Source: the human T2T-CHM13v2.0 reference genome, Homo sapiens
Strand: one strand, 5' to 3'
Assembly: GCF_009914755.1 (NCBI RefSeq)
Contig: NC_060931.1
DNA length: 64,000 bases
Below, piece after piece: positions 13,543-24,280 of the stretch (position 1 is the first letter of the stretch; each line of letters starts with the position of its first letter). The notes beneath the pieces were generated by a model, which was not told the origin of the DNA, ran no database searches, and saw only the letters and a list, made by a program, of their open reading frames with translations. The position numbers were made by a program, and so were the translations under genes.

Positions 13543-15699
13543 AAAAAATCATGATGTTAGGCCAAAATGGTTTGTTCTGGTGGGACTTGAAATTTGTACT
13601 TTATACACATATGTATTCATTGGTATTGTTCTGTAAACAAAGACATGTATTAGTTTTATCAGAAAAAAAAACCTTAGCTTTTGTAAAATAATGTGTATAC
13701 ACCTTAATCTCTAGATTGTGTGTTCATGAGCTTTTATTCTTCCATCAACTTTCTATAGAGAGTAGGCACTGAGCGCGTATGTCGTGATGTGAAGTAATTA
13801 GGATAGCAATTAGGATAGCAGTGGAAATGGTTTCAGACAGTACAGGCTGGTTTCCTTTGAACAGAAATGTGATGCCATTTTTCTATAATGTTAGTTACCT
13901 TGTGAGATGATAGAACCTTTAGAGATCTTTTAAAGAAAAAAGTGTTTTCCTATACATGAAGTCAGATAATGCCTCTTGTTATTATTTTGAAACTTGATAT
14001 TGACTATAATTTTTCTATTTTTCTCTCTAGAAGCACCTGGTGAAAACAGATTTAAGAAAATTCTGAAAACACATGATTTTGAATTACAATTGTTAAAGAT
14101 AAATGGTAAACATAATTTTTATGTAGGTTTCTTCACAAAATCAAAGAGAGTTTCAAGGCAAAATAGTCAATACTAACTAGTTATGCAGGTTACCTGGAAA
14201 ACCTATAGTTCATTGGACTATGTACTTTAATATGTGATAGCCAAAGAAATGACAGTTTATATAGGACATGATAAACACACAATCTATGAAATGTAACACA
14301 TAAATGCTGTTCTCAATTTAGACAGAATCATTTTTCTGTTTAAAGTATGGACTAAGAATATTATTAAATCAAAGTGAAAGCAAAAGAGCCTATGTCTTAC
14401 AGTCACCAATAAATAGTTCCAGATTCTTGAAACTAATTAGTGTTAATTAGGTAGGTACACATATATTTTAAATATAGGCATTCTAATATTCTACTTGTAT
14501 GTAATACAACCATAAGTTTTAGAAAGAAATAACACTGCCTACTTTTCCACTTAACATATTTATATTTTCCATTTAAATTTTTTTCTGACTTGTTTTATAT
14601 ATCAGTGGAAAACTTACATAAAGAATACATTTAAATATTACATCCACTATGCCTTACTTAATCCCTCTGGAATGAATCCTATGGAATGGTAATAGTGAAC
14701 AGACACTAAATCATTTTGGAAAATCCACAGGAGAAACATGTATTCTTTTTTTATTAATATAAAATTCTGGTCTTTTAAAGTGTTCCACATTAAGTAAGTT
14801 TCACTCTGTCAAAAAAATAAAACTGTGCTTTTTGCTCCTCCATTGTAATAATAATGTAGCTTGGAACATGCACTTAAAACATTACTGAATAACTCCATAT
14901 TGACCTCAAATCCCATGAAAATAGTCAATCTAGCCAGATGAAATAACATTAACAGATAATTGATATGTGAGTACACTAATATTCCAAGATTAATAACACT
15001 TAAAACACATGTAACTAACATACTCTGAAAATAAATACATACAAAGAGGTTTTCATTCAATAATCAGACCTCAAATCAGACATCACCATCTTGAAATAAA
15101 ATAGTTTGCTTGAGTCTCTAATAACTGCTCGTTTACTCATCTCTGCCTCATACTAGACTATAATATTCTGGAATTCAGTGACTGTCCACATGCAGCCTAG
15201 TGCCTAGACTATATCTAATATACAGCAAGTATAAAGAAAATATTTGCTGTTGAATAAAGAGAAATGAAAATAAAGCTTCTAGATCCGTCTTTCCTTCTAG
15301 ATGTGTCATATTCCCAAACCCATGTTAACAATTAAACTCATGAAAGGACAGTTATAATACACATTTTTAAGGCCAGTTCTATCACAATTTAAGAAAACAC
15401 ACCAAGATAACAGTCCAAAAATGTTCAGTCAGTTAAAAAATATGCACCAAAAAGACAGACCCAGGGCTGTGAAGAATCAAGGGAAAAGAAAATATATGGG
15501 GAAAAATTTATCTTAAATGATTGCTAAGCTTTCTGACCAAGAAGAAATTGCTGCTAACAGAAAAAAACAATTAATGGATAATCAAAGTTATACAACCTAA
15601 AGTCCTACATGTTAGAGTCCTACATGTTAGACACTTCTATCTTTTCTGTATGACTAAAATGTTCAGGATGAAGAGATCTAATGCCTATGGGGTGATATG

Positions 15700-15878
15700 A
15701 CAGTACAGTGTAGTATGATATGTAAGAAGTTCTACGCTGGAAAGGTGTGCATTTTGGCTCCACCTCCACCACTGACAATTGTTTGGACCTGGAGAAGTCA
15801 TCTCACTTCTCAGGACTTCATTTCGTAAGACTGATATGCAGGATGTATTCAATGATCTTCCAAATTTCTCTGATTCTA
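15700..15878 (+). mobile_element. MIR
   Basis: ttggctccacctccaccactgac...acctggagaagtcatctcacttctcaggacttcatttc...ctctgattctatg. Confidence 0.65.
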
Positions 15879-17832
15879 TGCTAGAAACCATTCTGGGCAG
15901 AAGCAGACACAACAAAGAAAGAGAGCTAATTCCTCATTATCCTAGCAGAGAATGTTTAATATCCCTTATACCCTTAGCCATCTGTCAATTTATTCAATGT
16001 GAATGACATTTTTATTTTCCCAATCCAAATTTATCCCTTCTCTTTCTTTTAAAACTCTGCCAAAATTCATCTTCTTCAAGATTTCTTGCCAAACATATCT
16101 CACCTTTATTTGATCACTATAATCAGTCCCACAATACTTCAATTAGATATGCCACTCCTTAAACTTAAACTTAGACAGGTACTTGCCAATCGATATCTTA
16201 ATTTATATATGGAGACCTATCTGGGTAAATCTCCTTACAAATTATACTTACTATAGGAACACTAATAATCAATCTACTCAATACTCAAATAATAATGTGA
16301 TAGACCGAACAATAGAAAACTGTATGCTTATAGTAAAACAAATTCAGCTATAAGTTTTGAAAATATGGAAAGCTTCAATTTGCTTTTTTCACATACTTCT
16401 TATAATGTTTGAACTGTTCATCTACTACAGCAATCATTCTTTTGGCTAAATGCACTTTCTTCCAAAACCACCAAATTTATAAAACTTTCAGTAAAAAACA
16501 GTAAGAATTATATCAAAATTACTAAAGACACTCATCGTCAAGTCTGGTCTGTTAAAGTAAGGTTGAAAGGGACAGGCAGTTTAAAGCTCTTAGTTTATTC
16601 TTTTTTTAAGACAAGGGGTCCATTTTGTGTCAAACTTTAAAAAAAGTCCTCAGCTAAAGGCATATATGGATTACCACACGTTGTAAGTATACTTAGCTAA
16701 GGGCAGAATAATGCCACTGCCAAGATAAGTAGGAAAGCAATGTTAATTTCTAGAAGGTAAACCAATCTCCTCGAACATGCTACCTAGAAATTAAGGCAAG
16801 ACAAAAGCAGCTTCCATATCCTGGTGATGTATAATGAAAGTGACATTATTTTATCTGATACAAATTCATGAAAAAGGAAAATCAGGCTATTTTCCTATAA
16901 AAGATAAAAAATTATATAAGCATCTTGAGCAGCTAGCAAGATCTGACATGCTCAAATCAATTTGGCACGTAAGGGAAATTGATTTGGAAAAGGGAGAATA
17001 TCCACTTTATCTTTCTGTTACAAAACCAATAGTTATATTTAATGAAAATTTACGTCAAGATATGCTTTGAATTGTTACCGATTAACCAACAGAGGCTGAA
17101 ATCAGTGGCCTTTAATTAATAAGAAATAACAACTCAGTAGTTTAGGCTTCCTAAATGCTGATGAGATGGCTTGGTGTTCATTAAACAGCAGTGGTCTTAA
17201 GAGGCAGGGAGTCCTGGGAGCAGCCAGCTGTTTGGATGAATGACTCATCATTAACCTTGATGAAACAAAAACCACTGTCTCTGTCAGACATTCTCTGACA
17301 TTCATCTGATCGATATTAAATAGCACCATGTAACAGGTCAATGTGTTCAATTGTCTGGGGAACATCTAGCAGCTCACTTATCCTGGCAGGCATATCTGGA
17401 GACCTGCAAAGGGTCATCATTAAGGCTTTTGGGATAGCTATTTGTGTGCCATAGATAATACTTTCTCTAAGGATTTTCAAACACAAAACTATGTCTGATT
17501 TGTTCTAACTTGATGTTTGAATTCATCAGTAATCCAAGTACTGGAGCAAACTCAAAATTCTTTCTTGGGGAATATCTGGTCTTGATCAGGTGAAACCTAT
17601 GGGGGGCTGGCCTTTTGTCTAGCCTAGCATACCAGTCTGGCTCTATAATTTGCATAAATAGAATAAAAGTCCTACCAATTGTGTGATCCTGTATAGTTCT
17701 CCCCTTAATCAGCATTATAAAACACCTGCCCTGCAGGCTGTCTTCAGATTGTATATTATTAAACTATTCTATCTGATTCCTAAGAAAAATTTGACTAACA
17801 TAAAAGACATATGAAAAAAGAGAGCCCAAGCC

Positions 17833-18012
17833 ACTGATTTTCAAAATGCTACTGAGACTAGTTGCATTAGAATCATATTAGGTACCTGTTAAAAATATAG
17901 ATTCCTGGATCTCATCTCAAACTGACTAAATCAGAAATTCCAGGAATAGAGCTCAACAATCTGTATTTTTAACAAGAACTTTATTAGTCTTATGAGTACT
18001 CAAATACCACTT
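17833..18012. mobile_element. MER5-family DNA transposon
   Basis: gcattagaatca...tgttaaaaatatagattcctgg...actaaatcagaa...aatctgtatttttaacaag. Confidence 0.75.
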
Positions 18013-18929
18013 TAAGGGATTCAAAATCCAGTCAGTCCTGAGGCACTTGAGGCTCCTCTATATTTGGGTAGCATTTAACCTCTGTGGATATTCATACAAC
18101 TTCATTATTTGAAGCATCTGCTTGATTAAGATGGGTTTCAATGTTTAAAGTCCTAATTTATTTTGATAACTATCAGAAAACAAGTATGTGATTTCTGCTT
18201 GTGTTAAAAAATATTAAAAAGACACTGCTAGTACACCACTCAGCATTAACTCCATCGCCTTGTAAGAGATGATATACATTCGCTTTTCTGATATTAAAAC
18301 TCTTTTATTCATAATAACTCCACTTTCTACTAGGCTGCCAGGAAGCTCATAACCAAACAGATGCCTAACTACAGCTGAACTCGTCTCACAGTAAGCAAAT
18401 TTGTTTCTGCCCTTCTCTTTGATTTCTTTCTTCCTTTCAATTACATTTGTATTAATCTTTTTTGGTAGGTTAAACAAGAAAACAAACTTTCAAAGTTCTC
18501 TTGGAAAGAAGCAGAGTATGAAAAAAAAATCTCAAATAACAATTACAGTGGTTTTATCAGTTGATTTAAAGTCATCATCCATATCCATTTGGGCTTGGGC
18601 TTGTTCTATTTTTCCCCCATACACTTGCAGAAATACAGTAGGTCTAGATTAATAACAAGGTATCCTCCTTGTTCCTAAAAACTGCAGGGAGATGGTCTCT
18701 GTTTCCAGACTAAAGTTTTTGCAACACTAATTTAATCAAACTCCTTGGACTAGCAGAGGGGGAGGGGGACAGGGAGAATCAAAACTAACCACGTACCAGT
18801 TTGAAATCTACAGTTTACTATCAATCTGGACAGATAACTTAGACTTCAGCCTTGTGGATTAGAAATATCCAGAACCTATAGCATTAGCTGCAGTAGGTCT
18901 GCTGGAATCAAGTATCAATTTTAAAGAAC

Positions 18930-19299
18930 TTTATTTTATTTTATTTTATTATTATTATACTTTAAGTTTTAGGGTACATATGCACAATGTGCAGGTTAGT
19001 TACATATGTATACATGTGCCATGCTGGTGTGCTGCACCCATTAACTCGTCATTTAGCATTAGGTATATCTCCTAATGCTATCCCTCCCTCCTCCCCCGAC
19101 CCCACAACAGTCCCCAGAGTGTGATGTTCCCCTTCCTGTGTCCATGTGTTCTCATTCTTCAATTCCCACCTGTGAGTGAGAACATGCGGTGTTTGGTTTT
19201 TTGTCCTTGTGATAGTTTACTGAGAATGATGATTTCCAATTTCATCCATGTCCCTACAAAGGACATGAATTCATCATTTTTTGTGGCTCCATAGTATTC
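18930..19299 (-). mobile_element. Young 5'-truncated L1PA (L1PA2/3-like) 3' end
   Basis: Near-consensus tactttaagttttagggtacat...gttagttacatatgtatacatgtgccatgctggtgtgctgcacccattaactcgtcatttagc. Confidence 0.92.
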
Positions 19300-19798
19300 A
19301 AATCACTTCTTTCTACTTTCTGATCATGTCTTTCTGAAATTACTGGATCAATCATTTTGGTTTGTAGATAACCCCAAACAGATAAGCAACTGGTTGACTT
19401 TCTTCTTATTTCTTTTCTTTTTCACTGAAAATGAATAGTTGATTTGTTGTTTTGATTGATATAAAATGTAAACTTGGAATTCTGTAGGCCCAAGCAAACA
19501 TTTTGTGATAAAAATGAGAGTGCTCATCAAAATTCTGAGGATTCCAATGTTTTTATGAAGCTTTTGACTCAGAGATCTGTATTATTAGATAATTTAGAGA
19601 TTTTCAGAAGTATTTTTTCAGTCTGACTAAAGTCTGACTTGAGTGCTGTCTGGTATCTTTGGCCATATCAGAAAACCTAAATGAAAAAATGTTAGGAATT
19701 CCGATAAAGACAGTTTTTAGAAAATATTTCAGAGCAAAATTTGAGACTAAAAAGTTTAGTACAAATATTGATTTTTTGTTAAATAAAAATCTAGTATG

Positions 19799-20102
19799 GG
19801 CTGTGTGTGGTGGCTCACGACTGTAATCCCAGATTTTTGGGAGGCCGAGGCAGGCAGACTGCTTGAGCTCAGGAGTTCGAGACTAGCCTGGGCAACATGG
19901 AGAAATCCCGTCTCTACAAAAAAATACAAAAATAGCCAGGCATGGTGTTGTGTACCTGCAGTCTCAGACACTCAGGAGGCTGAGGTGGGAGGATCACTTG
20001 AGCCTGGGTGGCAGAGGTTGTAGTGAGCTGAGATTGTGCCACTGAAACTGGCCTGGGTACCTGGGTGACAGAGTGAGACCCTGTCTCAAAAAAAAAAAAA
20101 AA
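19799..20102 (+). mobile_element. AluJ
   Basis: Dimeric Alu with J diagnostics (gcttgagctcaggagttcgag, ggaggatcacttgagcc) and poly(A). Confidence 0.92.
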
Positions 20103-21403
20103 TACGTTGTTTAGGAGTATACAGTTGTGCAAATAAAAATTTAAAATCTGTGTCTTTTGTCAGGAGTAAAGTGTAGTTTTTTTAGTTCTAAACCTAGAAT
20201 AGGAAAATTGTTCATGTTATTACAGACCATCCTTCACAATCATACTCATAAAAAATTATGAATTGTACTTTTAAAACTTGTTCTCATCTACTCTGGACTT
20301 AAACTGATGTTATATTTTTAACCTAAAACATTAATATGAGGAATTCATGAACCAACCTGTCACATGTGTCATTGTTTAGTTTTGCTGTTGTTATAATCAA
20401 AGCTTCACCTCATTCTGAACTGATTAAGTAGAGATCAACATCAATGGTTAGATGGTCAGAATAAACAAATCAACTGTGGGGCAGCATTATATTCCATTTT
20501 GTGGAATATATAAAGCCAAGAAACTGAATTGGAAAAAAGAGGAAAATACAAGATAATTAAAAATTTAATTTTAACTTATAAATAGCAAATTTTTCATTTA
20601 TCCTAAGATTTAAAAAATATTTCAGTCACGTGAATATGCTATGACTAGAGTAATAAATTTCATAGAAAATATTACCTCCTATTGAGAGATATCTCTGTAT
20701 GTAGTACATTCTTGGAGCCCTTAAGATTACTTAAAAGGCAATGTCATGTTGATGGTAATACCTTTTATTGACCAATTGAATGTTGACAGATACAATTATA
20801 GAACTTAAGTATATCTTAAATTCTATACTTTCAGGAAGCTGAAGAAAAAATGTCTTATTCTCTGCAAGCATGTTTGTCTATAATTTATAGTTAGTACAAT
20901 AAAGGTATTATCAGAATCTTGGCCTTGAGATTCATATAACTAGATTACTGCTCATCTCATACTCTACAAAATTGGAGAACAATAATGTATACCGCACTGA
21001 TGCTGCAACTATACTGACAGTTCACAAATTATAGAGTTTAAATTTATAGCTCCCTTTACATCTGTCATCAACAGCTCCCAAATCACAAGGCTTGCAGGTG
21101 AATCCACCTACATTTTTTGTGTTAAAGCCATTTTGGAAAAAAGGAAACCTAAGAAAACTAAAACAAAGGTTAACTAAATTTCCTTCTTTTAAAAATAAAG
21201 TCAGGGCAATCCTTTCAATTTTGAAAGCAAAGTAGTCACAATTAGATGGATCTAGTCAAATAATAATGGATAAAAATGTATGTAATGAATCCAACTATTC
21301 AAAAATACTAATGTCATTATTTACTGATTAAAAAAATTAAAAATTCCTCAAAGGTATTTGTTTTATCTCAAAGCCAAGAGGTAAAAGAATGACTACCACC
21401 AGC

Positions 21404-21406
<3 letters not shown>

Positions 21407-21484
<78 letters not shown>

Positions 21485-21495
21485 CAGAGAGACAG
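21407..21495. repeat. Compound microsatellite (GT)n(GA)n(GACA)n
   Basis: Direct observation. Confidence 0.95.
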
Positions 21496-21616
21496 ATCTA
21501 CTGTAAGACAGAGAGAAGAAAAATAAGCTAAATTAATTTTTGCTAATTTAATTTCCATTAGAAGGAGAAAATGAAACATTTTTCCATTAATATAATGCTT
21601 TTTGGTGACGACAAAC

Positions 21617-21898
21617 TTTTTTTTTTGGAGACAGGGTCTTGCGTCGGCTGCACTCAGGCTAGAGTGCAGTGTTGCAATATTGGCTCACTGCATCCTCAAA
21701 CTCCCCAGGCTTAGGTAATCCTCCCGAGTAGGAGGGACTACAGGCATGCACAACCATGCCCAGCTAATTTTTATGTTTTTTGTAGAGATGAGATTTCCAT
21801 ATGTTGCCCAGGCTGGTCTTGAACTCCTAGGCTCAAGTGATCCAGCCTCAGCCTCCCAAAGTGCTGGGTTTTATAGGTGTGAGCCACCACATCTGGCC
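21617..21898 (-). mobile_element. AluJ
   Basis: Antisense dimeric Alu, diverged. Confidence 0.9.
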
Positions 21899-22671
21899 TT
21901 TTAAACAATTTTTTAATCCGGAAAGGTTTAATACACCAAAACTTTGTGAAGCCTTTGGAGAGGGGTCTTACCTCCAGATGACAGTTTTCTCACTGTAATT
22001 ACTAAGAATTTAAATTTTCATTTTTCTGAAAATACTACTGAAAGGTCCCAAAAGCCTGTTAATGACCATAGGCCAGAAAGAAAAAGAACTGAAATATCCA
22101 TTTCTCATTTATCAACTAATTCTGAAAACTTTAACCAAATTACAAAAATATTTTAAGGATAATTCAGAAGATATGAAACTTGTCAATCTGTTTACCAAAT
22201 ATGTGTCTATTATAATATCCAAATGCCTAAAGCAGATTCAGAAAATATGGGAAAACATATTAATTCCAATCAACACTATTATATTACAAGTATAAATTAT
22301 GTCCACATGACCTGCATGGTTTATTTATAAAATATATATTTTAAGTGACTAATATGTACAACATTAATTTGTATATTAGAAGTTTTTGACATCTCTAGCA
22401 TGCCTGTATTTTCTTAAATAAACTGTGTGCATGTATGGATAAGCAACACATATTACACTCATATATAAATACATGTGGATTTTTATACTTTTATAAAATC
22501 CCCCAGTGGGGATTCAGAATGTCTTTAGAGAAGACTTTTAAAGTCAATTTTTTTTAATATATTTTATTTATTTTTTTTTAGAAATGGGGCTGTGTTTTAT
22601 ACTTTTATAAAATCCTCCAGTGGGGATCCAGAATGTCTTTAGAGGAGATTTTTAAAGTCATATTGTTTTAT

Positions 22672-22974
22672 ACATTTTTTATTTTTTTTTAGAAACAGGG
22701 TCATGCTCTGTCACCCAGGCTGGAGTGTAGTGGCACAATCATAGCTCACTGCAGCCTCAAACTCCTGGGCTCAAGCGATCCTCCCACATCAGACCCCGAG
22801 CAGCTGTGTCTATAGATATGTGCTCCCAGGCCCGGCTAATTTTTTTTTTTTTAATTTTTTGTAGAGACAGGGTTTCAGTGTGTTGCGCAGGCTGGCCTCA
22901 AACTCCTGGCCTCAAGTGATCCTCCTGCCTCAGCCTCCAAAGTATTGGGATTATAGGTGTGAGCCACTGTGCTG
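22672..22974 (-). mobile_element. AluJ(o/r)
   Basis: atcatagctcactgcagcctcaaactcctgggctcaagcgatcc diagnostic. Confidence 0.9.
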
Positions 22975-23089
22975 AAAGTAAAATTTAATAGAAAAAAAAT
23001 AAATTTACTTTTGCATTCTCAAAATAACTAAATCTTCCCCACTATTTCAGTGCCTATAAAGATCTCTGAAAAGACCTTCAGGTCTTTTG

Positions 23090-23512
23090 TGAACATATTA
23101 CTTTATTTTAGACTTTCAAGGACATTTGTACAGCGAACAGCCTTGGAAGATAAAGATATCTTTCTCTAGAACAAAGAGCAAGTTTGAGTACAGCCTTAGA
23201 AAATAAACGTCTCTCCCTAAAAAGCAGAGAGCTGGCCCACTTACCTCCTCATATAAAAAATTCAGATTCCTGAAGTTCAAGACCCACCTCCTATAACGCC
23301 TGGCCCTCCACACATTACCCTGTGGAAACTGGGGGATCGGAGAACCAGCACAAATTCTGATACTCTGGCTACTGCTGTTGCTATGAGTAATAAACTGCCC
23401 TTTTTCTCTGACCTGAGTCTTAAATCCTCTGTTAGAATCCATGATCCAATGGCTGGCTTACACATTAGTTTGCAAGCAGGGTAACATTTCAGACCCTCCA
23501 CAGCTCTTGTCA
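23090..23512 (+). mobile_element. ERV1 LTR, MER90-like
   Basis: tttcaaggacatttgtacagcgaacagccttggaagata...gagtaataaa...ttgcaagcagggtaacatttcagaccctccaca. Confidence 0.7.
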
Positions 23513-23519
23513 ACCTCCA

Positions 23520-24280
23520 AATCTCAGGGGTTTATAATAACACCAGTTTATTTCTTGTTTCCTTACATTTTACTCACTTTACATGTTGGTCATGGGTCAC
23601 GGGGGATCAGCTTAGCTCTGCTCCACACATCTCCTTCTTTTGGGGATCCAGGTTAAAAGAGCAGCCCCCACTGGGACATGTTTGTTCTCATGACACAAAG
23701 AAAAGAGCAATGGAAAGTCCACAGTATGATTTTTCAACATTTTTGCTTGGTCATGGCATACTGGCAGACTTACATGGAAGGTCCCTAACTTATAAAGGTT
23801 TGACTCAGGATTTTTCCACTTTCTGATGGTGAGAAAGCAATATGCATTCAGTAGAAACTGTACTTTGAATTTTCATCTTTCCCCCGGCTAGCAATATGCT
23901 ATATCAATACTCTCTCAAGATGGTGGCACTCTCTCTCAATAGTGGCAATGAGCCATAGGTCCCAGACAGCCACATGATCATGAAGTTAAAACAAACTGGT
24001 ACTCAACAGTATACTGTGTGGCCAGATGATTTTTGCCCAACTAATGTAAATGTTCTGAATACTTAAATATTAAGTGCTAAGTTCAATGTTTGGTAGGTTA
24101 GGTATTTTGAATGTATTTCAATGTACGATATTTTCAGCTTATGATGGTTTTATTGGGATGTAACTCCATCACAAGTCGAGGAGCATCTGTACTCTACTGA
24201 CCAAAGCAAGTCACACTGATAAGCCCAATATCAATGGGATGCAGACATATTCTCTTCCCACAGGGAGAATTGAAACAGTA
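23520..24280 (-). mobile_element. Old MLT1 (J/K-like) LTR fragments interrupted by MER47
   Basis: gtttatttcttg...gctctgctccac...gttctcatg; resumes at accaaagcaagtcac...aagccca. Confidence 0.5.
23773..24189 (-). mobile_element. MER47/Tigger5-type TcMar element
   Basis: Ends ...ccatcacaagtcgaggagcatctg followed by TA; TA at 5' side. Confidence 0.75.

Noticed and set aside
14008-14111. Strong plus-strand polypyrimidine-AG (tttttctattttttctctctAG) suggesting an antisense exon
   Set aside because: Only a weak downstream donor (ATG|GTAAAC) and no other exon support; common by chance in AT-rich DNA.
14183-14205. Recursive-splice-like AG|GT on the minus strand (ttttccAG|GTaac)
   Set aside because: Short pyrimidine tract and weak donor; cannot be supported without saw-tooth nascent RNA data.
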